Positions 13,651-28,309 of a DNA stretch of 64,000 nt are shown here, piece by piece (the stretch's first letter is position 1; each line of letters opens with the position of its first letter). The DNA lies in NCBI GenBank assembly GCA_002269645.1, contig NIVC01000012.1, positions 248,001-312,000 on the forward strand, written 5' to 3'. Position numbers and translations under genes: made by a program. This DNA comes from Macrostomum lignano (taxonomy: Eukaryota). Under the pieces are notes generated by a model, which was given only the letters and a program-made list of their open reading frames with translations, was not told the DNA's origin and searched no databases.

Positions 13651-13888
13651 CTGGCTCATTAACCCGTACCAAGATGTAATTAGAAACCGCAGTTCCTCTT
13701 CTCGAGTCCGGCTCCTGCAAAATCCTGGTCACACCGCGTTTCACTCCAACAAGATCGTCTTTCATGGAACCTGTGGTGTCAAATACAATGGCTAGGCTGG
13801 CTCCAGACGAGCTGCTCCACCCGGAAGCAGATATGGGCAGCAGCAACTGCAGTAGGAACAGAAATTGCGGAGATTGCTTCCGCATCAT
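13651..13888 (-). CDS. HMCN1: Hemicentin exon 1 (signal peptide + start of VWA, SLAIVFDTTGSMKDDL)
   Basis: ATG, hydrophobic leader FLFLLQLLLPISASG and MIDAS-type DTTGS. Donor G|GTAAGG at 13650 (phase 1) joins exon 2 in frame. Confidence 0.92.
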
Positions 13889-14569
13889 TGCTTCGGCTTA
13901 TTCTCCAAAAAGACAAACTCGAAGAAGGAAAGCTCCTAGTTAGGCTGGCCTTGCAGATACCCTGGCAGTCATAAATGGATTAGGTGGTTAGGTGAGGTGA
14001 AACACATTCGACCGTGTACTTGTCGGCCAATCAAATTCTGTTTAAAGCAGCTAGCTTGGACCATTTCTTACCTTCTACTGGCCAGCCGCCAGTTAGCAGC
14101 GGGGAGTCTTTGGTAGACAGGGCAGGAGGGAAAAAAAACACCGTTTTAAACGCTATTTACGCCTAACGATCCGGAGTGAGGGTCTGGCTATTCCCTAGAA
14201 ACTTGAAGAGGCCATGTTTGGCTGCCAGATGATGGGCCGTAAGGTGGTGCCTAGGGGATTTTGGCGAACTATTCACTGCAGAATTGGGGACGAGGATTCT
14301 ATTGGGCGCAAGAGCTTTCTGTAAAGCCTACGGGGTGGATATTTTACTTTTATGCGACCAGCCCTCATAGAAAAAATTCATCTTAGCTACTAAGATCCGG
14401 GGCGTTCGTGTTTCACCTTGCACTGGAAGGCCCGGATCCTGCCTTGCTTGGTTGGCGGGCAGCTTTGGGAGTGCACGAGAGGCTTTTAAGCCAGGTGGGT
14501 CGGCCTTTGGGATTTTTGTTTGGCAAAGTGTCTGCGGTATTGCCTTCGGCTTATTATCATTCTACTATC

Positions 14570-15682
14570 TCTCCTATCTCCTCTCCCCTCTCTCCTCTCT
14601 CCTCTTTCCTCTCTCTTCTCTCCTCTCTCCTCTCCCCTCTCTCCTCTCTCCTCTTTCCTCTCTCCTCTCTCCTCTCTCCTCTCCCCTCTCTCCTCTCTCC
14701 TCTTTCCTCTCTCCTCTCTCCTCTCTCCTCTCCCCTCTCTCCTCTCTCCTCTCTCCTCTTTCCTCTCTCCTCTCTCCTCTTTCCTCTCTCATCTCCCCTC
14801 TCTCCTCTCTCCTCTCTCCTCTCTCTCCTCTCTCTCCTCTCTCCTCTCTCCTCTCTCCTCTCTCCTCTCTCCTCTCTCCTCTTTCCTCTCTCTTCTCTCC
14901 TCTCTCCTCTCCCTCTCTCCTCTCTCCTCTTTCCTCTCTCCTCTCTCCTCTCTCCTCTCCCTCTCTCCTCTCTCCTCTTTCCTCTCTCCTCTCTCCTCTC
15001 TCCTCTCCCCTCTCTCCTCTCTCCTCTCTCCTCTTTCCTCTCTCCTCTCACCTCTTTCCTCTCTCATCTCCCCTCTCTCCTCTCTCCTCTCTCCTCTCTC
15101 TTCTCTCCTCTCTCCTCTCTCCTCTCTCCTCTCTCTTCTCTCCTCTCTCCTCTCTCCTCTCTCTTCTCTCTTCTCTTTTCTCTCTCTTCTCTCCTCTCTC
15201 CTCTCTCCTCTCTCTCCTCTCTCTCCTCTCTCTCCTCTCTCCTCTCTCTTCTCTCTTCTCTCCTCTCTCCTCTCTCCTCTCTCTTCTCTCTTCTCTTTCC
15301 TCTCTCCTCTCTCTTCTCTGTCCTCTCTCCTCTATCCTCTCTCCTCTCTCCTCTCTCTCCTCTCTCTCCTCTCTCCTCTCTCTCCTCTCTCCTCTCTCCT
15401 CTCTCTTCTCTCCTCTCTCCTCTCTCCTCTCTCTTCTCTCTTCTTTTTCCTCTCTCCTCTCTCCTATCTCCTCTCTCGTCTCTCTTCTCTCTTCTCTCTC
15501 CTCTCTCCTATCTCCTCTCTCTTCTCTCTTCTCTTTCCTCTCTCCTCTCTCCTCTCTCCTCTCCCCTCTCTCCTCTCTCCTCTCTCATCTCCACTCTCTC
15601 CTCTCTCCTCTCTCCTCTCTCTCCTCTCTCTCCTCTCTCCTCTCTCTCCTCTCTCTCCTCTCTCCTCTCTCCTCTCTCTTCT

Positions 15683-15732
<50 letters not shown>

Positions 15733-15972
15733 CTCCTCTCTCCTCTCTCCTCTCTCCTTCTCCTCTCTCTCTCTCTCTCTCTCCTCTCTCCTCTCTCCTC
15801 TCTCTTCTCTCCTCTCTTTCCTCTCTCCTCTCTCCTCTCTCTTCTCTCTTCTCTCTCCTCTCTCCTATCTCCTCTCTCTTCTCTCCTCTCTTTCCTCTCT
15901 CCTCTCTCCTCTCTCTTCTCTCTTCTCTCCTCTCTCTTCTCTCTCCTCTCTCTTCTCTCCTCTCTTTCTCTC

Positions 15973-16042
<70 letters not shown>

Positions 16043-16097
16043 TCTCTTTCCTCTCTCCTATCTCCTCTCTCTTCTCTCCTCTCTCCTCTCTCCTCTG
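14570..16097. repeat. 1.5-kb CT-rich microsatellite between the divergent genes
   Basis: Pure pyrimidine tract on + strand; source of the S/L/P ORFs. Confidence 0.96.
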
Positions 16098-16937
16098 TTC
16101 ATATTAGTCCTGAGAAAGACTGTAAAATGTTCGAACTATCGGCATTTCACTTAAGCATCTGCGTTACCGCGTCAGTGCTTTCGGGTTTAAAATCTATTCA
16201 ATCTCCCCCTTCTCTCTCTTCCCCTCTTCTCTCTATTCTGCCATTAAAACATAGGATCTGTCTGCAAAGGGAAGAGTGGGATATGATTGAATGGACAATC
16301 TCTTTTTGTCTACCCTCGTATTTCCCAACCTCCAATAATCTTCTACCTAAATACCTATGGGGTAGTCTAAGCAGATATGCTCCAGTGCGCACATGTACAC
16401 TTATCTCCCATTCCCATCCGAACTGGTCAGAGAGAATGAGAGATAATTATAAAGAAGACGGAAGTGAAGCGCAGGGAGGGAAAGGAGGTCCGCTAAACAC
16501 ACTCTACTCGCTCTACCGTACGCGACCAAAGAATAAAATTTGAACTGCTGATGGGCGCAAGGATTTGAGGAACGTTTCTGAGCTTACATGCAGATCAGGG
16601 GGGGGGGACACAGGAAAGCTGAGCTCCCCGTCTCCCTCCTTCACTCGGGGGGAGCAGCTCAATGAGCTTTGCTGAGGGTGGAGGTGACGGATAGGGACAA
16701 GGCTTGGTCAGGCTGTACGCTGCAACCCCTCTCCCTTCCCTTCACTTCCACTCTCTTCCTCTCTCCCCAGTCAGCTCCCAAGCTCTCTGTCTCAAGTAGG
16801 GCGACAGCAGCAGCGGCTGTGGCCACAAATTTTCTCCCTGCAGTTTTAAGTTACCTCACTCAAAGAACCGGAGAGCACCCACAGTGCACAGGCAGGCCCA
16901 CACTCTCCGGCTGTCTCCGTAGAAGATCGAGCTGATC

Positions 16938-17712
16938 ATGTCGTCAGATCACAAGCCGAAACCGCAGCAACAAATTCGAATTCGCGTCGACAGGAGTCGT
17001 CTGGTCGACGCGGATGCCGGCGGCAGCGGCGGCGGCAGCAGAGGCGCTATGGGCTGCATCAGCAAGTGTCGAAGTGTTCCAAGATTTCTACACGGTGGCG
17101 GCGCCGTTGTCAGCGAAGTGGGCGGAGGCGGCGGCGGCGGAGTTGGTCACCTTGAGGTGCCGTTCAAGCAGCTGGCATCGGGCTTGAGCTTCGGTGGTTC
17201 AGTCAGCAGCGTCGGCTCCTTGGGAGGCGGAGGCGGCGGCGGCGGCGGTGCCGCGTCGTCGGCAGGCAGCTTGGATGTTCACGCGCCGTCGGAACCCGAC
17301 GCTGACAGTCCGACAGACTCCTCGCTTCTTTGGAGCCGCCGATCAGAGTCCTGTCCGAGCCTGTTCCTGCTGCAGCGACAGTGGGAGCAGCGACAGCAGC
17401 GACAGCAGCTGTTGGTGGCAGCAGCTGACGGAGACAAGGCACAGAGCCGGTCGGAGAGAGCCAGCCCGGTGCCTCCGCCAAGATGCCCGTCCATTCTGAA
17501 GCAGCCGCCGCCGCTACAGCAGCAGAAGCAACCGGCTGAAGCTGCACAAGTTGAACCGGAAGCACCGCAACCGGAAGGAGACAATTCGAATTTTCGTCGA
17601 TTCACCAGCGGCAGCGCTCTGAACCGGCAGACCCGACGGTCTCGACGAAAATGCGAAGAGTGGATCGTGAAGCTGGGGAACAACTGATCAGTGTCCTGCC
17701 TGCAAATCATAG
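16938..17712 (+). CDS. Probable first exon of the LRR/EF-hand gene: low-complexity G/Q/S-rich ORF (249 aa to TGA 17685), with a donor 25 nt beyond the stop
   Basis: GC-rich ORF starting atcATGtcg; AG|GTAATG donor at 17713 is phase 1 in the same frame. No recognisable domain, and linkage to downstream exons needs the TGA bypassed. Confidence 0.5.
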
Positions 17713-17964
17713 GTAATGCTTCTCTAGTCTATTTTAACCTTATTTGTCCGGCAAATATCAGCTTTAACAAATAATATTCTTATAGCATCCTGTCTGTTAC
17801 TGCCTGGGCTGCTTTTCCACTCCAATATTGATTTTTGTGATCGTATCAGCTTTTCGTATCAGCTTATTGGTTCTCTGTCTGAATAAGTGTCTCAAGCCGT
17901 CTATCTACAGTCTCTGTCTATCTACTATTTCTGTCTATCCACTGTCTCTGTCTTTCTTAGTGTC

Positions 17965-18345
<381 letters not shown>

Positions 18346-19007
18346 GTCTGTCCGGCCTTCCTGTCCCAGCCGCTTGACATGTCATTTTACTATCCTACAG
18401 AATCTTTTCCTTCGTCTCCTCAAAGCTTTTCCGTTTATCAATCAGTCATATTCGTCTTTCCCTTTCCGGTCTTTCGTGTTCGTTCAAAACTTTTTTCTGA
18501 CGTAATTACGCTCGTAGTATACCGAAAAAGGTATACTAAAAGGTAATCTGTCTCTGTACCACTCCTTCAAATTAAAATTATGTTGATGTACTTATTGCAC
18601 TCACAAATAATTAATATTATTACTCCTAATATAAAGATTTTCTTTCGTGTTCGTTCGTCAAGCCTTTTACTTACATGTTTTATCGATACGTTTTAAATAG
18701 ATATTTGATAGCCTGGTAAGCAACTTGTTTTTAGTTTTATTATTTTGAAGGCCTTCAATGCTCGAAAAATTAATCCTAATAATTTTTGTCACAGCGAGTG
18801 TTTGTCCCCAGAACTCTTTACCCAGCTACACGCCACTCACCTGTAATGGGTATTTCTTGATGAGCTTATTATTATCTTCAAACATTCAATAATCAATAAT
18901 TGCGTCCATAAATGATTTTTGCTGACTTTGGCTACTTAAATTTTCTTTAATTTTTCTTCTTAATATTGTATGGCAAATTTAGAAGTTGAGGTAAGCTACA
19001 GTAAAAC

Positions 19008-20550
<1,543 letters not shown>

Positions 20551-20598
20551 TACCTCAAAGTATTTCCTGTTTAAAATTGTAGATGGAATTTTCCTAAG

Positions 20599-20787
20599 CG
20601 CCAAGAGATCGGGGCAGAAAAGTTGAGCTGCGGTTGATGAGGGCGGAGAGCGGTGCTGATGGAGACAGGCCAAGGAGTGCTGTTGGAAAATTAACCGAAA
20701 AGCAACACGCACTCAGACTGATAAGACGCCTTAATCCAGGTAGAATGGACGGCCTTGGGCCCCGGGATGTGAATGTTTCAATAGCAG
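20599..20787 (+). CDS. Candidate exon of LRR gene ([19 protein letters not shown]...NVSIA)
   Basis: Acceptor ttttcctaag|CG and donor AG|GTAAAC; 189 nt, phase 1/1, open frame. No homology recognised. Confidence 0.5.
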
Positions 20788-20955
20788 GTAAACTCAAGCG
20801 GCCCCCTGCAGCTGATACGATTTTATGCTATTCAGACCCGTAAAACTGCTCACACGGTTGACGCATGCAGAATTAATGAAGGCCCCAGCCGGCCAGTTAG
20901 CATAAAATCCAACTGTGAAAGGGAATCAAGACTCGCAGGGATTTTGAGCTTATAG

Positions 20956-21123
20956 CCTGGCACACACCGGTTGCCATGGAGACAGTTAATCAGGAAGCTG
21001 TTCAGTCTAGATTGCGCAAGCGACAGAGCGTTAGATCTTCGGCTGGTAGGGGGCGCGAAGCACCGACCTCGAGAGGCGCTTCGGCGGTCAATTCGGCTGC
21101 GACTACAAGATTGGAGATACGGG
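20956..21123 (+). CDS. Candidate exon of LRR gene (WHTPVAMETVNQE...LEIR)
   Basis: Acceptor cttatag| and donor G|GTGAGT; 168 nt, phase 1/1. Joins 23560 in frame. Confidence 0.55.
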
Positions 21124-21142
21124 GTGAGTTCGTGTCTGAGTG

Positions 21143-22623
21143 TGGTAGTGTGGTATAGTGTGGCATAGTGTGGCAGTGTGTGGCAGTGTGTGGTATAGTG
21201 TGGTATAGTGTGGCAGTGTGTGGTATAGTGTGGTATAGTGTGGTATAGTGTGGCATAGTGTGGCAGTGTGTGGCAGTGTGTGGTATAGTGTGGTATAGTG
21301 TGGCAGTGTGTGGTATAGTGTGGCAGTGTGTGGTATAGTGTGGTATAGTGTGGCAGTGTGTGGTATAGTGTGGTTTAGTGTGGCAGTGTGTGGTATAGTG
21401 TGGTATAGTGTGGTATAGTGTGGTATAGTGTGGCAGTGTGTGGTATAGTGTGGTAGTGTGTGGTATAGTGTGGTATAGTGTGACAGTGTGTGGTATAGTG
21501 TGGCATAGTGTGGCATAGTGTGGTATAGTGTGGCAGTGTGTGGTATAGTGTGGTATAGTGTGACAGTGTGTGGTATAGTGTGGCATAGTGTGGTATAGTG
21601 TGGCAGTGTGTGGTATAGTGTGGCATAGTGTGGTATAGTGTGGCAGTGTGTGGTATAGTGTGTGGTATAGTGTGGTATAGTGTGGCAGTGTGTGGTATAG
21701 TGTGGTATAGTGTGGTATAGTGTGGCAGTGTGTGGTATAGTGTGGTATAGTGTGGCAGTGTGTGGTATAGTGTGGCAGTGTGTGGTATAGTGTGGTATAG
21801 TGTGGCAGTGTGTGGTATAGTGTGGCAGTGTGTGGTATAGTGTGGCAGTGTGTGGTATAGTGTGGTATAGTGTGGCAGTGTGTGGTATAGTGTGGTATAG
21901 TGTGGCAGTGTGTGGTATAGTGTGGTATAGTGTGGCAGTGTGTGGTATAGTGTGGTATAGTGTGGCAGTGTGTGGTATAGTGTGGCAGTGTGTGGTATAG
22001 TGTGGTATAGTGTGGCAGTGTGTGGTATAGTGTGGCAGTGTGTGGTATAGTGTGGTATAGTGTGGCAGTGTGTGGTATAGTGTGGCAGTGTGTGGTATAG
22101 TGTGGTATAGTGTGGCAGTGTGTGGTATAGTGTGGCAGTGTGTGGTATAGTGTGGTATAGTGTGGCAGTGTGTGGTATAGTGTGGTTTAGTGTGGCAGTG
22201 TGTGGTATAGTGTGGTATAGTGTGGTATAGTGTGGTATAGTGTGGCAGTGTGTGGTATAGTGTGGTAGTGTGTGATATAGTGTGGTATAGTGTGGCAGTG
22301 TGTGGTATAGTGTGGCAGTGTGTGGTATAGTGTGGTATAGTGTGGTATAGTGTGGCAGTGTGTGGTATAGTGTGGTATAGTGTGGTATAGTGTGGTATAG
22401 TGTGGTATAGTGTGGTATAGTGTGGTATAGTGTGGTATAGTGTGGTATAGTGTGGTATAGTGTGGCAGTGTGTGGTATAGTGTGGTAGTGTGTGGTATAG
22501 TGTGGTATAGTGTGACAGTGTGTGGTATAGTGTTGTTTAGTGTTGCAGTGTGTGGTATAGTGTGGTATAGTGTGGTTTAGTGTGGTATAGTGTGGTATAG
22601 TGTGGTATAGTGTGGTATAGTAT
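21143..22623. repeat. 10/12-bp mixed tandem repeat (GTGTGGTATA / GTGTGGCAGTGT)
   Basis: Direct reading. Confidence 0.96.
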
Positions 22624-23109
22624 GGTAGAGTTTAAGTTAATCCATGTAGTAGAGTGTAAAGAGTAGAGTACAGAGTGCAGTGCTGTCTTATTTGGTAAAA
22701 GAATTCGCTCTTGTGTTTTTTTTCAATGTTGCAAGCCACTTTTCCAGTCGTCGCTTATAGATATGGTTGACAGCGCATATGAAGGAAATCTGATGGCGTG
22801 TCTTGTACCCAACACAGACTCGCTACAAATCCGTCTCAGCATCCGCCTTTCCTGGTTCCTGCCCCCGACCTCGCAACTGTTTAGAATGCATGGGAGAATT
22901 TCCCATCTCCGGAGCATCCAAGACTGTGGGCGATGGGACTTCCGCTTTGCTATTTACCCAGGGTTTAGGGGCCTGGCCTGGCGTTCATGACAGGGCCGGC
23001 AGAGGGCGGGTGCGACCAAACTAAAGTGTGAGCAGCGATAAATGTAAGGCTTTGACTGACTTTAAAAAGGGACAGGCAGTTATTCAGTTTATATCGGTAG
23101 ATTCCGTTA

Positions 23110-23525
23110 CAATCTGTAGATATCAATTCGAATCGGCAGATATTCAATTAGAATTTGTAGATATTCATTACAATCGGTAGATATTCAATTAGAATCGGTA
23201 AATATTCAATTAGAATCTGTAGATATTCAATTAGAATCGGTAGATAATCATTAGAATCGGTAGATATTCAATTAGAATCGGTATATATTCAATCAGAATC
23301 GGTAGATATTCATTAGAATCTGTAGATATTCAATTAGAATCGGTAGATATTCAATTAGAATCGGTATATATTCAATTAGAATTTGTAGATATTCATTAGA
23401 ATCTGTAGATATTCATTAGAATCTGTAGATATTCAATTAGAATCGGTAGATAATCATTAGAATCGGTAGATATTCATTAGAATCGGTAGATATTCATTAG
23501 AATCGGTATATATACCATTAGAATA
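23110..23525. repeat. 19-20-bp minisatellite (TTAGAATCGGTAGATATTCA[A])
   Basis: About 20 tandem units. Confidence 0.92.
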
Positions 23526-23559
23526 TTCGATATTTACCAATCGTCATTAAATCTCTCAG

Positions 23560-23858
23560 ACTCTCCGCCGTCGCCCCCGGCAACGGGGCTGCAGCAGAAT
23601 GTGCAGTTGTACCTGGACAGGTGCCAGCGCCCCCCGATTCCTCTGGCACCGCTCCGCCGAGTTGTTGCTCAGCTGAACACACTCAGCCTGGATCTGCAAT
23701 TCATGAACCTGGGCCCGAGACACGTGCAAGTCATCTGCGAAGCCCTAAAACAGAATGCCACCGTTGAGAGCATTGATTTGCGTAGCAACGGAATTGACTC
23801 GGCCACCGCCGCTAATATTGCCGATCTGGTTAGGAATAATCCCTGCATACAGATCATT
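23560..23858 (+). CDS. LRRC74A: LRRC74-like protein, first LRR exon (LDLQFMNLGPRHVQVICEALKQN...IDLRSNGI)
   Basis: Acceptor ctctcag|AC (phase 1) and donor |GTGAGT (phase 0). Ribonuclease-inhibitor-type LRRs resembling the LRRC74 LGPRG motif. Confidence 0.85.
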
Positions 23859-23894
23859 GTGAGTTGTTTGTTTTAATCCTTGTGTTGAAGATAA

Positions 23895-24745
23895 TGATGA
23901 TTCTCAAGACCATAAACTGCATTATTTATATAATTCTGAAGACAATAGACAGTACTATTTGTATAGCTCTCAAGATCATAGACTGTACAATTTGTACAAT
24001 TCTCGAGGCCATAAACTGCATTATTTATATAGTTCTCAAGACCATAGACTGTACGATTTGTATGATTCTCAAGACCATTTAGAATGTAAAATTTTTATAA
24101 TTCTCAAGACCATAGACTGTACAATTTGTATAACTCTCAAGACCATAGACTGTACAATTTGTATAATTCTCAAGACCATAGACTGTACAATTTGTATAAC
24201 TCTCAAGACCATAGACTGTACAATTTGTATAATTCTCAAGACCATAGACTGTACAATTTGTATAACTCTCAAGACCATAGACTGTACAATTTGTATAATT
24301 CTCAAGACCATAGACTGTACAATTTGTATAACTCTCAAGACCATAGACTGTACAATTTGTATAATTCTCAAGACCATAGACTGTACAATTTGTATAACTC
24401 TCAAGACCATAGACTGTACAATTTGTATAATTCTCAAGACCATAGACTGTACAATTTGTATAACTCTCAAGACCATAGACTGTACAATTTGTATAACTCT
24501 TAAGACCATAGACTGTACAATTTGTATAACTCTCAAGACCATAGACTGTACAATTTGTATAATTCTCAAGACCATAGACAGTAATATTTGTATAACTCTT
24601 AAGACCATAGACAGTACTATGAACAATCTTCAAGACCATAGACAGTACTTTGAACAATCTTTAAGACCATAGACAGTACTATGAACAATCTTCAAGACCA
24701 TAGACAGTACTTTGAACAATCTTTAAGACCATAGACTGTATTTTA
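23895..24745. repeat. 33-bp minisatellite with a central 66-bp dimer alternation
   Basis: Unit ctcaagaccatagactgtacaatttgtataa(c/t)t; ataact and ataatt alternate in the core. Confidence 0.96.
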
Positions 24746-25257
24746 TATTTGTATGATTCTCAAAACCATAGGCTAATTCTACCTCCTAGCTCACCAAATT
24801 CCAACAGCAGGCATACACGGGGCAAGACACAAAGGAAGATTTTAAGCTTTGAAAAAGCCTAAAAGAGACAGAATGGTTTAAGGTTAGCTAGCAGCTAAAA
24901 ATAAATAGCAAGTGAAATTAAATATCTCTTTAAAACCCTCTACAGCATCGCTCAAAAATGGTAATTTGTTTTTAGCTTCAGCCGCTCGGCTGAGGAGAGT
25001 CAGGAGAGTCGGAGAACTGGGAGCCGCCGCTTACCTCTGATTTCGAGTTCGCTAAAGGTGGCGAGCTAATTTTAAACTATTTTAGGCTGAGTATGCAGCT
25101 TAGTGCAGCCTGCTGCTGCTGTGGCTAATAATTACTGTAGTGCTGGGTGATCGATTAGAGAACCTAAAGGTTCAGGACAAGAGGGGAAACATCAGCTGTC
25201 AGTGAGTTCGATAGATTTCTGCGTAGGTTTGCTCTTTTATCTAATCCTCATTATACT

Positions 25258-25850
25258 CCTCTCTCCTTTTCTCTCTACTCTCCTCTCTCTCTCCTCTCTT
25301 CTCCTCTCCTTTCATCTCCTCTCCTCTGCTCTCCTCTCCTCTCCTCTCCTCTCCTCTCCTCTCCTCTCCTCTCCTCTCCTCTCCTCTCCTCTCCTCTCCT
25401 CTGCTCTCCTCTCCTCTCCTCTGCTCTCCTCTCCTCTCCTCTCCTCTCCTCTCCTCTCCTTTCATCTCCTCTCCTCTGCTCTCCTCTCCTCTCCTCTGCT
25501 CTCCTCTCCTCTCCTCTCCTCTCCTCTCCTTTCATCTCCTCTCCTCTGCTCTCCTCTCCTCTCCTCTCTTCTCCTCTCCTCTCCTCTGCTCTCCTCTCCT
25601 CTCCTCTCCTCTCATCTCCTCTCCTCTGCTCTCCTTTCCTCTCCTCTGCTCTCTCTCCTCTCCTCTCCTCTCATCTCCTCTCCTCTCTCTCCTCTCATCT
25701 CCTCTCCTCTGCTCTCCTCTGCTCTCCTCTCCTCTCCTCCTCATCTCCTCTCCTCTGTTCCTCATCTCCTCTCTCTCCCCTCATCTCCTCTCCTCTCCTC
25801 TCTTCATCTCCTCTCCTCTCCTCTCTTCCCCACTTCTCCTCTTATCTCTT
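25258..25850. repeat. CT-rich (CTCCT)n microsatellite
   Basis: Direct reading. Confidence 0.94.
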
Positions 25851-25968
25851 CTCATTTCGTTACAAATATACGCAGTAGAGTCTATGGTCTTGAGAATCTG
25901 CAGGTGTCGACACAGGTTAATTAAAGAGTTTTCGATTTTATAACACCAAAATTCGTTAACGCCTGCAG

Positions 25969-26112
25969 AATCTGTCAGGCAACTCAGTCTCTGGTGTTGG
26001 CTGCATCAACTTCGGCGAGACTCTGGCTAACAACTCTGGCCTGGTAGAGCTGGATCTGTCAGACAACAACCTCGGAGATGCGGATACCAAAGCGTTGGCC
26101 AACGGTTTGTGC
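25969..26112 (+). CDS. LRRC74A: LRRC74-like exon (NLSGNSVSGVGCINFGETLANNSGLVELDLSDNNLGDADTKALANGLC)
   Basis: ctgcag| acceptor and |GTAAGT donor; 48 codons, phase 0/0; two LRRs. Not in the ORF track. Confidence 0.9.
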
Positions 26113-26239
26113 GTAAGTGGAATTGTCGATTGTACTGCATCAGAACCACAGATTAGTTCCCGAAGACACATTTAAATGCTAGGAGTTACGATTGATGTCA
26201 ACAAATCACCAATTACAGATCAGTGTCAGGAACAACAGG

Positions 26240-26955
26240 GTCGTGTCAGAAATCACATAATTGTTCAGAAACCGCAGATTAGTGTCAGGAACCGAAGATT
26301 AGTGTCAGGATTGCAGATAAGTGTCAGGAACTGCAGATTAGAGTCAGGAACCACAGATTAGAGTCAGGAACCGAAGATTAGTGTCAGAGACCGCAGATTA
26401 GTGTCAGGACTGCAGATTAGTGTCAGGAACCGCAGATTAGTGTCAGGAACTGAAGATTAGTGTCAGAGACCGCAGATTAGTGTCAGGAACTGCAGATTAG
26501 TGTCAGGAACTGCAGATTAGAGTCAGGAACCACAGATTAGTGTCAGGAACCGAAGATTAGTGTCAGAGACCGCAGATTAGTGTCAGAGACCGCAGATTAG
26601 TGTCATGAACCGCAGATTAGTGTCAGGAACTGCAGATTAGTGTCAGGAACTGAAGATTAGTGTCAGGAATCGCAGATTGGTGCCAGAAATCGCAGATTAG
26701 TGTCAGGAACTGCAGATTAGTGTCAGGAATCGCAGATTAGTGTCAGGAACTGAAGATTAGAGTCAGGAATCGCAGATTAGTGTCAGGAACCGCAGATTAG
26801 TGTCAGGAACCGAAGATTAGTGTCATGAACCGCAGATTAGTGTCATGAACCAAAGATTAGTGTCATGAACCGCAGATTAGTGTCAGGAACCGAAGATTAG
26901 TGTCATGAACCGCAGATTAGTGTCAGGAACCGCAGATTAGTGTCAGGAACCGCAG
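26240..26955. repeat. 20-bp minisatellite (GTCAGGAACCGCAGATTAGT)
   Basis: About 35 units, ending about 16 nt before the next acceptor. Confidence 0.95.
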
Positions 26956-26971
26956 TCTCCTATCAACGCAG

Positions 26972-27545
26972 AAGAACTATCAGCTCGTTCGCCTCCGACT
27001 CGGCCGCAACAACATCGAAGTTGACGGCAGCAAGCAGTTAGCCAGGATGTTAATCGAGAATGACACCCTAGAAGAGCTGGACCTCAGCTGGAACCATATT
27101 CGCGGCAAAGGCGGCATTGCGCTAGCCAGATCGTTGAAGGTCAACATAGGCTTGGTGTCGCTCGACCTGTCCTGGAATGGCCTCGGTTACGAAGGCTGCA
27201 TCGCGCTGGAGGAGGCGATCAGCTTCAATCGCTACCTTCAAGAGCTGGACATCACAGCCAACCGCATCAACTGGGAGGGCGCTCAGCTCATTGCTAAAGG
27301 ACTGAAGAAGAATGCAGTTTTGACTGTGTTGAAAATCGGACTCAACACTTTAACCATGACCGGGGTGATGGACATCCTAAGGGCGGTGGACACCGACTCT
27401 TCGTCTGTGCGACACGTCGACTTTGAGGGTCAGATTATTTCGTCGAAAATTTTGTTTAAAATTGAGACCATCGGTCGGCGGAGGCCGTTCACGTGCCGAC
27501 ACGAGGCGGTTATCGACTCGGAGGACGTTCTGGGAACGAGAATTG
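26972..27545 (+). CDS. LRRC74A: LRRC74-like main LRR exon (LEELDLSWNHIRGKGG...LDLSWNGLG...LDITANRI)
   Basis: cgcag| acceptor and G|GTGAGG donor; tandem 28-residue LRRs with LDLSWN motifs as in LRRC74A/B. Confidence 0.92.
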
Positions 27546-27574
27546 GTGAGGGAAGTTTCTAGATTGGAGGGGTG

Positions 27575-27935
27575 TTTTTCTGATTGAGAGAATATTTTTC
27601 GGTTACAGTGGTATTTTTCCTAAAAAGTGTATTCTTAGATTGAAAGCGTATTTTTCGTTCTGAAGGGGTATTTTTCGGAGTAAAGGGGTATTTTTCGGTT
27701 GAAGCGATACTTTAAGATTGAAAGGTTTTTTTGTCGTTTTCAGAGGTATATTTTGGATTGAAAGGGTGTTTTTCAGATTGAAAGGTTTTTCAGTTGAAGG
27801 GGTGTTTTGCAGTTGAAAGGGGTATTTTTTCTTTTGAAAAGGGTATTTTTCGGTTAAAAGAGTATTTTATGAATTAAAGGTGTATTTTCAGATTGAAGGG
27901 GTATTTTTTCTAATGAAATAGGTACTTTTATAGTT
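27575..27935. repeat. Degenerate ~20-bp tandem repeat (GAAGGGGTATTTTTCAGATT-like)
   Basis: Recurrent gggtatttttc...ttgaa. Confidence 0.7.
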
Positions 27936-28050
27936 TGAGTATTTTCCCATTGGAAGTTAGTTTGGGATTAGACGGGGGCCCTGGGCAGGCAGGCACAGCG
28001 CTCACGCTACAGCGGCCCTGACTTTCTCATATTAAATTATACTTTTCCAG

Positions 28051-28187
28051 AGGCCAAAGAAGACCCGCTCAAGCTGTTATTCGATTTTTTGAGCAGTAGA
28101 GCGATTCGAATTGTGGATCTGTACCGAATGATTGACAAGGACAATAAGCAGTTCTGCAGTAGGTCCAAATTCATCCGGAGTCTGAAG
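28051..28187 (+). CDS. LRRC74A: LRRC74-like exon, EF-hand-like (VDLYRMIDKDNKQFCSRSKFIRSLK)
   Basis: ttttccag|AG acceptor (phase 1) and AAG|GTGAGC donor; DxDN loop. Confidence 0.88.
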
Positions 28188-28309
28188 GTGAGCGAGCGGC
28201 ATCATTGGTTACCGTGCGGCGAGGTGTATTATCGATTCATATCGTTTTAAATACTCAAGCAATCCTGAATTGCTGAATAATGAATTTTTAATTAATAGAG
28301 TAAACTAGT

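Noticed and set aside
14408-16543. Long S/L/P-rich and R/E/G-rich ORFs in several frames
   Set aside because: CT/GA microsatellite cannot encode stop codons, so these are artefacts; the same applies to 25202-25924 and 55142-55684.
22736-23024. GC-moderate segment with short ORFs as an extra LRR-gene exon
   Set aside because: It has no clean donor/acceptor pair or homology, and 21123 already joins 23560 in frame. It cannot be fully excluded.
23959-24672. Repeat-protein ORFs (LKTIDCTICII) or a CRISPR-like array
   Set aside because: Head-to-tail 33-bp units with no unique spacers, inside an intron, with no cas genes. The other 20-30-bp arrays were rejected as CRISPR for the same reason.
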